Shown: one piece after another, positions 13,250 to 23,559 of the stretch
Numbering within the stretch: position 1 is the first letter of the stretch
Layout: each line of letters begins with the position of its first letter
NCBI RefSeq assembly: GCF_006345805.1
Contig: NC_043025.1
Coordinates: 16,306,001 to 16,370,000 of the forward strand
Direction of reading: 5' to 3'
Length of the DNA: 64,000 nt
Source of the DNA: Octopus sinensis
Lineage: Eukaryota
Notes under the pieces: model-generated
The model's database searches: none
What the model was told of the DNA's origin: nothing
What the model saw: only the letters and a program-made list of their open reading frames with translations
Position numbers and translations under genes: made by a program

Positions 13250-13406
13250 AGCCACAAGTCGGAACAGATATTTTCACGAGGCATTTCCGACCCTGCCAAG
13301 GTAATATCTGACCTAAATTTTCAAATCATCGCACTCGCGCCAAATTTATCGGCAGCAAATAAATATAAGCCGTCGATTCCATATATATATATATATATAT
13401 ATATAT

Positions 13407-13450
<44 letters not shown>

Positions 13451-14504
13451 AATATGTATATGTATATGTATGTATATGTGTATATATGTACATATACGTG
13501 TACGCTCGTGTGTTTATGTATATGTAGGTATGTAGAGTTATATGTATGTATGTATATATACATATGTGTAAATAGGTATATATGTGTAAGTTTATATGTA
13601 TGTATCGTCTGTATAATAGGTAACTGCACGTATATATATTTAATATTTAATATTTATTTTTTGAGTATGCATGTATGTATATGAATAACTGCATGTATAT
13701 ATATTTTATTATTTATTTTTTGAGTATGCATGTAAGTATATGAGCATAAGGAGGCGCGTGTGTGTGTGTGTATGTGTAAGCATATGTATAAATATATGTA
13801 TACTTTTACGCATGTGTGTACTTATGTGTATATATGGATGCGCGCGTGTGTGTGTGTGTATGTGTACGCATGTATATGTGTATATGTGTGTATGTATATA
13901 TATATGTATGTATATATATATATATATATGTATATGTATGTATGTGTGTATATATATGTATATGTATATGTGTGGGTGTGTGTATGTGTATATATGTATG
14001 TATGTATAGGTGTATGTATATGTATGTATATATACGTATATATATGTGTATGTGTATGTATGTGTATGTAGGTGTATATGTATATGTGTATATATATTAT
14101 TGTGTGTATATGTATGGACTAGTCTTCTGTGGGTGTATTGAGGTATGTATGTGTAAGCGTGTAGACATGAATCTGTAGGTACGCGTACGTATGTGTATAT
14201 ATGTGAATGTATGTAGATGTATGTATGTATGAATATAACGCGTGCGTGCGTGTATGTGTATGAGTGTACGAATGAGTGTGTGTGCGTGCGAATGAGTGTG
14301 CGTGCGTGAGTGAGTGCTTGTGTTCGAGTAGAAAGATAAATGGACTTGCTGTCGTCACCAGGGGGACGATAGCCAAGATGCTTGTGACCGCGGTCAAAGA
14401 TAACAAAAGTAATAAATGAAAATAATTAAAATTAAAATAAGGGAATGGGTTTGTATGTGTATGTATATGTGTGTATGTGTAGGTATGTATAGGTACACAT
14501 ATGT

Positions 14505-14535
<31 letters not shown>

Positions 14536-14950
14536 GTATATGGACATGTGTGTGCATGTGGTATGTATATATGTGTGTGTATGTGTGTATGTGTATGTGT
14601 GTATATGTATATATTGTATATATGTATATGTATGTGGGGGGCGTGTGTGTATATATACATGTATATATATATATATATATGTATGTATATATGTGTGTAT
14701 GTATATGTGTGTGTGGTATATATATACATATGTGTATATGTATAAGTGAGAGTCTCCTTATTTACCTAAAACTCTATTCTTCTATTTATTTTTTTATTCT
14801 TTTATTTATTCTTTTATCTACTTTACCACTGACTCCTTGACCACTCCCTAAGTATGATATTTTTGCGCTATGCCTACCCAAAAAGTCCCCCACCACCACC
14901 CCCTTTAAACCTGCCTAAATGTATAAATGCCAAAACAATTCTTGTTAACT

Positions 14951-15001
14951 AGCTTCCTGATGATTTCTCTTGAATGAAACAGTTCTAGTCCTGTAGAAGC
15001 T
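14951..15001 (+). ncRNA. Type I hammerhead ribozyme motif
   Basis: AGCTTC-CTGATGA-tTTC-tctt-GAAt-GAAA-CAG-ttctagtc-CT-GTA-GAAGCT. 6-bp stem I, weak stem II. Confidence 0.75.
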
Positions 15002-15006
15002 CCTTC

Positions 15007-15037
<31 letters not shown>

Positions 15038-15261
15038 GGGAAAGTTTACGAAAAAAACAAAAGACGAAGACAGGTGGTGTACAAAACAAACCGATGTATT
15101 AGTATAACGCACAGGAATAGAAAAAGTCTTTTACGTTTCGAGCCTACGCTCTTCTACAGAAAGGGACACAGAAAAAACAAGGAGAGAAACAAGGAGAGAA
15201 AAAAAGGAGAGAAAAAAAGGAGAGAAAAAATGTGTGTAGTGGCTAACGATCTATATATATA

Positions 15262-15469
15262 GGCGCAGGAGTGGTTGTGAGTAAGTAGCTTGCACTCCTA
15301 CCACATGGCTCAGGGTTCAGTCCCACTGTGTGGGATCATGGGCAAGTAATTTCTACTATAGCTTCGGGCTGACTGAAGCCTTGTGAATGGATTTGGTAGA
15401 CGGAAACTGATAGAAGCACGTCGTATACATACATACACACATACATACATACATACATACATACATACA

Positions 15470-15505
<36 letters not shown>

Positions 15506-15509
15506 TACA

Positions 15510-15540
<31 letters not shown>

Positions 15541-15748
15541 TTGCGTCTGTATTCGTCTGTGTTCGTCCCACCAACATCGCTTGACAACCGATGCTGGTTT
15601 TTTTTACTTCCTAGTAACTTAGTGGTTCAGCGAAAAAGACCGATAGAATAAATACTAGGCTTACAAAGAATAAATCCTGAGGTCAATTTGCTCGACTAAA
15701 GGCGGTGCTCCAGCATGGCCGCAGTCAAATGACTGAAACGAAAGAATA
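15262..15748 (+). mobile_element. tRNA-derived SINE, family A, full length
   Basis: GGCGCAGGAGTGG head, GTTCAGTCCC B box, internal (TACA)n, 3' CCAGCATGGCCGCAGTCAAATGACTGAAAC. Confidence 0.85.
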
Positions 15749-16008
15749 AATGAATATATATATAATTAAGGATAACTTCTTAATAAGGAATCTTAACAAG
15801 AAATTATCAGGTAGTTAGCGTGAAAAACCTCATAAGAGAAAAATTCGAAAATAATTTTTTTCTTTTGAACATATTAATTTATATTGTATAGAGGGCATTA
15901 TTACACATAAATGCCTCACACTAAGAGGGACATAAGTCATTACTACCAAAATTTCACTAATCATACCCAATGCAGTTTTTCAAAGCAAGACATTTATAAA
16001 ATGAATTT

Positions 16009-16075
16009 AGTTCTATATCACCTGTGATTTCACACTTACCGCATAAAAAATGCGTCTATGCTCATCAGTAGAACT
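16009..16075 (-). ncRNA. Type I hammerhead ribozyme motif (inverted copy of 16569-16635)
   Basis: AGTTCTA-CTGATGA-GCAT...GTGT-GAAA-TCACAGGTG-ATA-TAGAACT on the minus strand. Confidence 0.78.
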
Positions 16076-16568
16076 GATTCTGAACACATCATAAATAAAC
16101 GACCAACATTACCTGGCGAAGTCGAACAGACATCTGCTCTCTCCGGCGAAGCACATGGAGATGTTTATAAATCTTATTCGGTAAATGGCGGGCTTTTCGA
16201 ACTGCATGTCGGATAGGAAAAGTTTTTTCGGAATAAATTTAACAATTAAGGATAACTTCTTAATAAGGAATCTTAACAAGAAATTATCAAGTAGTTAGCG
16301 TGAAAATCCTCATAAGAGAAAAATTCGAAAATAATTTTTTTCTTTTGAACATATTAATTTCTTGTTAAGATTCCTTATTAAGAAGTTATCCTTAATTGTT
16401 AAATTTATTCCGAAAAAACTTTTCCTATCCGACATGCAGTTCGAAAAAGCCCGCCATTTACCGAATATATGATTTATAAACATCTCCATGTGCTTCGCCG
16501 GAGAGAGCAGATGTCTGTTCGACTTCGCCAGGTAATGTTGGTCGTTTATTTATGATGTGTTCAGAATC

Positions 16569-16635
16569 AGTTCTACTGATGAGCATAGACGCATTCTTTA
16601 TGCGGTAAGTGTGAAATCACAGGTGATATAGAACT
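16569..16635 (+). ncRNA. Type I hammerhead ribozyme motif
   Basis: 7-bp stem I AGTTCTA/TAGAACT, CTGATGA core, GAAA, stem III TCAC/GTGA, AUA site. Confidence 0.78.
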
Positions 16636-16761
16636 AAATTCATTTTATAAATGTCTTGCTTTGAAAAACTGCATTGGGTATGATTAGTGAAATTTTGGTA
16701 GTAATGACTTATGTCCCTCTTAGTGTGAGGCATTTATGTGTAATAATACCCTCTATACAAT

Positions 16762-16805
<44 letters not shown>

Positions 16806-16814
16806 TATGTATGT

Positions 16815-16860
<46 letters not shown>

Positions 16861-17169
16861 TACATATATACATACATATATATTTAAGATATGTATATTT
16901 ATGTGTTGTGTGTATGTGTGTGTGTTTGTGTGTGTGTGAGGGTCCAAAATTGGAGGATTTATATTGCTATATTTTAACTTTGAAATTTAGTCCTCACCCG
17001 TACCACCATGATTTCGAACTTTGAGAAAATATTCCTTAGGTCATCCTCAATCAGTCTTACCGACCCAGGTTTAACGTGCTTGTTCATCTTGTGGTTTGAG
17101 TCCTATTTTAGCATGCTGGTACTGCCTGTAGTACCATTAACTATTAATGGTTCACTTTTAAATTTGTAG

Positions 17170-17326
17170 GTTGCGGCCGATATCCAGTGCAAGCTTTTAT
17201 GATGGGATCCAGCCGTGCCACCCAGTGCCAACCATGGCTTGGCTATTCTGCCTATAAGGATACGTATATGAACAATGCCATCCTAATAGGGGAGGACACT
17301 GTATTGTCAATACAGCCATTTTTTAA
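17170..17326 (+). CDS. Serine-protease homologue exon: start of S1 domain (His57 site replaced)
   Basis: ttgtAG|...|GTAAGT, phase 1-2. GCGRYPVQAFMMGSSRATQCQPWLGY...MNNAILIGEDTVLSIQPFF aligns to CG..IVGG..A...PW...CGGSLI...WVLTAAHCF. Confidence 0.8.
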
Positions 17327-17450
17327 GTAAGTACAATGTTTTTCCTTGACTATTAACGTGAAAGTAACAAACTCACATACACACTCTCAAATACACAAAT
17401 ACATATATCTATTCAACACACTGATGTATATGTGTTCGTATGTATATATC

Positions 17451-17513
<63 letters not shown>

Positions 17514-17612
17514 GTATACATGCATACACACAAATATATATATATATATATATATTATTATATATATATATATATATATAAGAAAGTTGGTTTGTGAAAG
17601 CACGTGGTGTGA

Positions 17613-17730
17613 ATATATAGAAAATAGTAAAGAGTGAAAAAACGACAGAAGGCTTAAATGTTAAAATATATATATATTTTAACATTTAAGCCTTCTGTCG
17701 TTTTTTCACTCTTTACTATTTTCTATATAT
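17613..17730. repeat. Near-perfect ~118-bp palindrome centred on (TA)n
   Basis: ATAGAAAATAGTAAAGAGTGAAAAAACGACAGAAGGCTTAAATGTTAAAA followed by its reverse complement. Confidence 0.9.
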
Positions 17731-18406
17731 ATATATATATATATAACACATACATACATACTATTTATATACATACGATTTAATGGTATAGTTATAATTC
17801 AAGCGATTACCTCACTAGTAGTTCATGTAAGAACCTGGTTAATGTAAATATCAGTGAACTGAATAAACATCAGTTAAGCTCCAGTTGATCATAAAGAGCC
17901 ACACTCCATACACCCAAGGTATAGACGAACAAGCACAAAATATCCTTCACAGAGTGTTTGATAATGATTAAAATTAGAAAAAGATAAATTGAAATTGATG
18001 TTATTTCAGTAAGTGATGAGTTTTTAAACATTTTATACCGCAGAAATACAATTTATATAATATATGCAATAAAATATAATTGTAATTAATAATGTTTACT
18101 CATCTCATCAGACATCATTAGCTGTCACAATCGACATCAAAAATAAATTTTATCATTACATAAAAACTATTCTTCATGTTGAGTTGAATGCTAGAAACAA
18201 AATCGAGCCCATAAACATGTAGGCCATAGCTGTGTTCAGGTTCAATATTGTGAACTGGTCCACCTGTAAGATGATGTCAAAATCTGAAGGCTAATGACAC
18301 TGCACTGTGTGTAAACAAGAGTCACCTTAGTCTGCTGGTTGTAGGCGGCTGACACTTTCTATCATAACCAGCAAAATAAGCTGAGAGTTTTCTTTAAATA
18401 GTATAA

Positions 18407-18449
<43 letters not shown>

Positions 18450-18497
18450 TAATAATATAATAATAATAATAATAATAATAGTAATAATAATAATAAT

Positions 18498-18540
<43 letters not shown>

Positions 18541-18554
18541 TAATAATAATAATA

Positions 18555-18885
18555 TGCCCTGATGCAGTACCAAGCAGTGGCTCACATGGCTTCTGATCTA
18601 ACTGGAAGTGTTATAATGTATATTGTTTTGTCTTGGTATAAAAGATGGGCTACAGCAAATATTCTGCTCAATACCACAGATTTGCTTGCCAGCTGCTTGA
18701 CCTTAACCAGTTGAGCATATTCCTTAATGGCTGACGATATGTGCATCTTTGATCATGAGCAGAAATAGTGGGGGAGCATCATAGCATGTGTTGAGAAGAA
18801 TTATTTGGGGTTTGGATAATTCACTCCTGGAAACATGGGTGTGTTGTTCAACATTCTTAAACAACCCTTATTCAGGGACCTTTTG
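18555..18885. repeat. (AAT)n-associated dispersed repeat; second copy at 28423-28868
   Basis: AATATTCTGCTCAATACCACAGATTTGCTTG...CAGGGACCTTTTGA is shared; both copies abut (AAT)n. Confidence 0.75.
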
Positions 18886-19726
18886 AAGAAAGCAAAAGCT
18901 GGGTATACATTCAAAAGCCGCCAACAAAAAGTCAACCATTTGTTATTCATGGATGATATCAAACTTTATGGTAAAGATGAAGCCCAAGTCAGTTCCCTTG
19001 TTGATATGGTGTATACTTTCAGTGCTGATATCAGAATGGGGTTCGGGCTGAGAAAGTGTAGTGTGTTATATTCTTATATTCTTCTGGGCTAGTGGCGTAC
19101 ATTGGCTGGTAATATGCCATACGGTTTCACCTTTTGTCCACAGATTCTGCATCTGTCACTTTCTGATGTGTTGTCTATTCAGTAGTTTATGTAGTTTGCT
19201 ATCAGTGCTTGGTCTTGGGCAGCACAGATTAGAGCCTCCGTTTTCTGTCTTAAATCACTTTTAGTCATCCACAGCCATCTTTTTTCTCTGCCTGTCTTAT
19301 CATATATAAAGATAAATTGCAGCAAATAATAGTAGTGACATGGCTATGGGTGCAGAAAGAAAGGCTGAAGAGGGAGACAGAAAGTTTGTTAGTAGCTGCA
19401 CAAGATCAAGTATTAAAGACTAATTGGATAAAAGCCAAGATAGACAAAAGCCAAGTAGATTCTCAATGTAGATTATGCAAATCAAAAGAGGAAAGTGTAA
19501 CTCATACAGTAAGTGAATGTAGCATGCTGGAAGAGAAAGAATACAAGAAAAGACGCAACAATCTAGGGAGAGTAATCCACTGGAAGTTATGTAGAAAGCT
19601 AGTATTTGAAATACTGATAAATGGTATGAAGAGTAAAGTACTAGAAAATGAGAAATACAAGATGTTTTGGGATTTTAACATTCAGACTGACAGAGTAATA
19701 GAAGCTAGAAGGCCTGGTTTGATAGT

Positions 19727-19776
<50 letters not shown>

Positions 19777-20130
19777 AAGTGCCAGATAATTGACTTTACC
19801 GTCACAAATGAGGCAAAAATTAATATGATAGGTATAGAAAAAATAGTAAAGCACCAGACCTAGCTTTTGAATTGCAGAGACTATGGAAAGTGCGGGTAAA
19901 ATGTATCCCAGTAGTTATGGGTGCATTGGGAACTATCCCTAAACATTTGAACAGATGAATAGAGGAAATGGGCATAAAACCCAGTTTAGCGCGGTTTCAG
20001 AAAACTGTTATTAAGGATATTTAGGATATTTAGGAGGGTTCTTGGCATCTAAAGCTACTTTTGCAGCCTGATGTTAGGATTCTTTTCTTTTCCAACAATT
20101 TGATCTGTTGGATGTTTATGAAAATAATAA
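18881..20130 (+). mobile_element. Dong/R4-clade non-LTR retrotransposon fragments (RT, CCHC, RLE)
   Basis: VNHLLFMDDIKLYGK; LKRETESLLVAAQDQVLKTN; CRLC..EESVTHTVSEC; WDFNIQTDRVIEARRP; (AAT)-like tail. Confidence 0.85.
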
Positions 20131-20268
20131 TAATGATAATGTAGATTTTGTTAACAGCAGGATTGATACTAAGTATATAAGAGACACGAACTTATTGATC
20201 TACGCAGGAGTTGTTGTAGTTACGAGAAGATAAGATAATAAAGGGAGCTAACCTCTGTCTTATTTCAG

Positions 20269-20368
20269 AAAAGGATATCGGCTAAATTATTACTTTGGAA
20301 AGAAACAGGGCGCAAGTGTAACAGGAAGTAAATTGGAAGTAGATAAAGAAAATGAACGAGAGGTTATG
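20269..20368 (+). CDS. Serine-protease homologue exon
   Basis: tatttcAG|...|GTAAGT, phase 2-0, matching both neighbours; KGYRLNYYFGKKQGASVTGSKLEVDKENEREVM. Confidence 0.7.
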
Positions 20369-20461
20369 GTAAGTTTGATCATATTGGTCTTGTTGTTGTT
20401 GCTATCATTGCTTTTGGTTGTAGTTGTTCTCATTATTGTTGTTGTTGCTGTGTATCCCCAG

Positions 20462-20537
20462 TGTTTTTACGTATCCAGTCTTATCAGAGAACCCACTATT
20501 TCTAAGCGCCTTTATAATATCCAGCTGCACCCAGAAG
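20462..20537 (+). CDS. Serine-protease homologue exon
   Basis: ccccAG|...|GTAACA, phase 0-1; CFYVSSLIREPTISKRLYNIQLHPE. Confidence 0.7.
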
Positions 20538-20889
20538 GTAACAAAGATACCCGTTTACTAATATTGTTAACCCCACCCCACCACCACTACTACCACGTGT
20601 TCTTAAGTTTTTTATCTTTTACTTGTTTCGGTCATTGGACAGCGACCATGCTGGGGCACTGCCTTGAATGGATTTTTAGTCGTATGAATCAACACCAGTA
20701 CTTACTTTTTAAGCCTAGTACTTATTCTATCGGTCTCTTTTGCCGAACCGCTAAGTTACGGGGATGCAAATACACCAACACCGGCACTAGTGGAGGACAA
20801 ATACAGATAGATATATACAGAGACAGAAATACACACACATAAAATATACACATATATATACTCATATATATATGAATAAATAAATAAAT

Positions 20890-21600
20890 GGAGTTGAACG
20901 AAGATACTAATAAAATTCCTTTACTTTCGACATATGTTTCGAAGACAACATGGTTTTATTCCAAAGGAATAAACGGTGTAAGATGCAATCTTCTCATCGG
21001 TGCGTCCACTTCCCAGTTATCCAAGAGAATTTCAAACCATTATTCATCATTTAGGGATAGTAAAAAGCGACATAGTACAGGGCTAAGTAAATTAGTTTGG
21101 CGTCTTAAAGACAACAATATAGTTTTTAATTTAAATTGGTGCATAATGTCTTTATCTTTCTTCGATAGGGCAAGCGATTTTGTAACATTTGCAACTCTGG
21201 ACTTTCCATATTCTCTTCTCTAAGAATCCCCTTTTAAACACACTGTAGAGAAATCGTACAAATGTAAACACCGGCAGAAAACATACCTTTAACTCATATA
21301 AATGATTTCGATATTCATTATAGTTGAATAATTAGTTGACGTGCACTCCACTCAATAGAGAAATTCTTTCCTAAGCCTATAGGACATTCTTTTAATCAAC
21401 GTACCCTCCCTCTCTATCTGTTCCCCACTTATAATCCTTTAACCCTTCTCTTCCTACTATCTACCTTTGACGTCAATTCTAATAACGGTTTTTTTAAATA
21501 CTTAATAACGTTTTGTTTATCATGTAGGCAGTCATCGTAATTGTTATAATGTTTTGTTGTTGAAAGAGCTCTCTTTCTTTCCTGATGAGAAGATTACATC
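20890..21600 (+). mobile_element. Penelope-like GIY-YIG 3' fragment
   Basis: IGASTSQLSKRISNHYSSFR...STGLSKLVWRLKDNNIVFNLNW; truncated CTGATGA core at ~21582. Confidence 0.7.
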
Positions 21601-21646
21601 TTACACTATATATATATATACATATATAATATACATATATATCTGT

Positions 21647-21693
<47 letters not shown>

Positions 21694-21931
21694 TATATAA
21701 CATATATATATATATACATATATATCTGTTTGCAGATAAGAGGGAAAAAATCTATCAGAAAGGAACTCTATCTCTCTTAAAAAAATATCTTTTGATAAGC
21801 ATAACAAATGTGCAACCGGTAAAAAGAACTTTCACCTAATTAAATACACTCTCCCTTACTTAAATTATTTTGTCAGCATTTTCTTCATTCCTTTTTTTAT
21901 ATATCACAACTCGTGTTCCACATCTCTTTTT

Positions 21932-22002
<71 letters not shown>

Positions 22003-22249
22003 TACATTATCGAACCTTTGTGATCAAGACTGGACTAAATTGCTATGGTACATGTAATATATGATTTGATATATTCCAATTTGACAAATAAGCATTTGAA
22101 TTTGTTTGGGTAACTTATTTTCAAAATATAGCCGTGTTGTATTCGCTAACGGCTGCGCAGTTTGAGTGTGTGTATAAATTGAACAGCAAAACATAAATAT
22201 ATTATATTGGGCTGTACCCAAGAATAATGTGGCCATTGCAAATGTACGA

Positions 22250-23021
22250 AATAGCCTCAAGTAGAGCAGAAAGGATGGAACAAAGATGCAGTGTGTTTAT
22301 CAGAAAATGGCTTGGTCTGCCGAAACCACTGAATACAACTGCACTATATGGAAAAGCCGAGCTGCAATTAACAATAACATCAATCGCCTAAGAATATAGG
22401 GCAGAAAAGGCAAGGACAGTAATGATGCTAAGGTATTCAAAAGATCAGAGCATCCGGGAAAACCCTCCAAAGGTACGAAAAGGGAGGAAATGGAAGGCGG
22501 AAGAGGCAGTAAACAGGGTTATCGGAAAACTAAAGCACACAGATATAGTCGGAGCGACGCAAGAAGCTACAACCAGCCTAGGGTCGCAAAATTTCAGGCC
22601 ATTTTGCAAGAGCAGAGTAAAAGAGATGAAAGAGGCAGTGGTATACGAAGTGAGAAAGAAGGAAGAAGTAAGGCGAAATGTACATTTGGTGCAATGCAGT
22701 TAAAATGGACAGTGCCTTATATGGGAGGAATATGTGATCAACCGCAGAATTTCATGGAAGGAACTTTGGGCTTGGGAACAAGCAAGAACATCCTTCCTGA
22801 TCAAGTCTACCTTCGACATTCTACCTTCACCGGCGAACTTAGTCCGGTGGAACATAAACAAAACTGATGAGTGTAAATGCGGAGAGAAAGCGACGGTTAG
22901 ACATGTTCTATCAAATTGCAGACTAGCACTTGAAAGATATACATGGCGGCATAATCAAGTCCTCAGCGTCATAAGCGCAGCACTCAAGGAGAAGATCGAG
23001 AGGTACAATAGGGGAGGGTAA
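22250..23021 (+). mobile_element. Hero-clade (R2 group) non-LTR retrotransposon fragment
   Basis: GRKWKAEEAV; ISWKELW...SFLIKSTFDILPSPANLVRW; CKCG...HVLSNC..AL.RYTWRHNQVL. Confidence 0.8.
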
Positions 23022-23049
23022 CCAAAAGTAAACAGGTGACGGTCGTTTA

Positions 23050-23430
23050 GAAAATGCGCGGGCTAAAACTACGCGCCTTCACTAGTCAGTTAAGGTGAGA
23101 CAGTGTCACGTGACAATTTACTGGACTGCTTGCTGGAGACTAGCGGCAGGTATTTAAGGGGAAAAATTTGACAAGTCAGTCAGTCACCGGCTGACACTTG
23201 CTGACGATACATCGAAGAGGCCAGGGAACAGAAGAAAGAAGAAAGAAGACATGCACCCAACACCAGAGCTGAAGACACCTCCGAAAGGAAGGGGGCCACC
23301 ACGTCAAAACGGTAGAGGAGTAGGGACCGAAACCGGACGTGGTTCCTCCTGATGATGTCTTGAGCTAACTGGATCCTATAAAGGAGCTGTTGTGGTAGCA
23401 GACTACGAAGCACGGTTGTGATTCCTCCAG
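23050..23430 (+). repeat. Unclassified dispersed repeat (promoter-like/pLTR-like), copy 2
   Basis: GTCACGTGAC 23105, TATTTAA 23151, TCAGT 23176, CTGATGA 23349. Confidence 0.7.
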
Positions 23431-23559
23431 GTCAATTTATGTGAATTTAGTAAATCCCAAAACCTACTTTTGCTATCCGTATAGAATATTTTGGTTATTC
23501 ATCCTATACTTGGAAGTGTGTCTACAGCAGTTCAAGAGTACTGTCTTTTGACTTAAGGA

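Larger units (their letters stand above)
11551..13382 (-). repeat. Tandem array of ~490-bp hammerhead-containing monomers (3.7 copies), retrozyme-like
   Basis: Units start at 11551, 12037, 12531 and 13022; (TA)n on both flanks; no ORF; one hammerhead per unit. Confidence 0.92.
15764..16762. mobile_element. Non-coding ~480-bp hammerhead element: partial tandem plus ~400-bp inverted copy
   Basis: AATTAAGGATAACTTCTT repeats at 15764 and 16244; ~16357-16760 is the reverse complement of ~15882-16284; TA-rich flanks. Confidence 0.85.

Noticed and set aside
11551-13382. CRISPR array or ordinary satellite
   Set aside because: No short repeat-spacer alternation and eukaryotic context; the per-unit ribozyme and a dispersed covarying homologue argue against a plain satellite.
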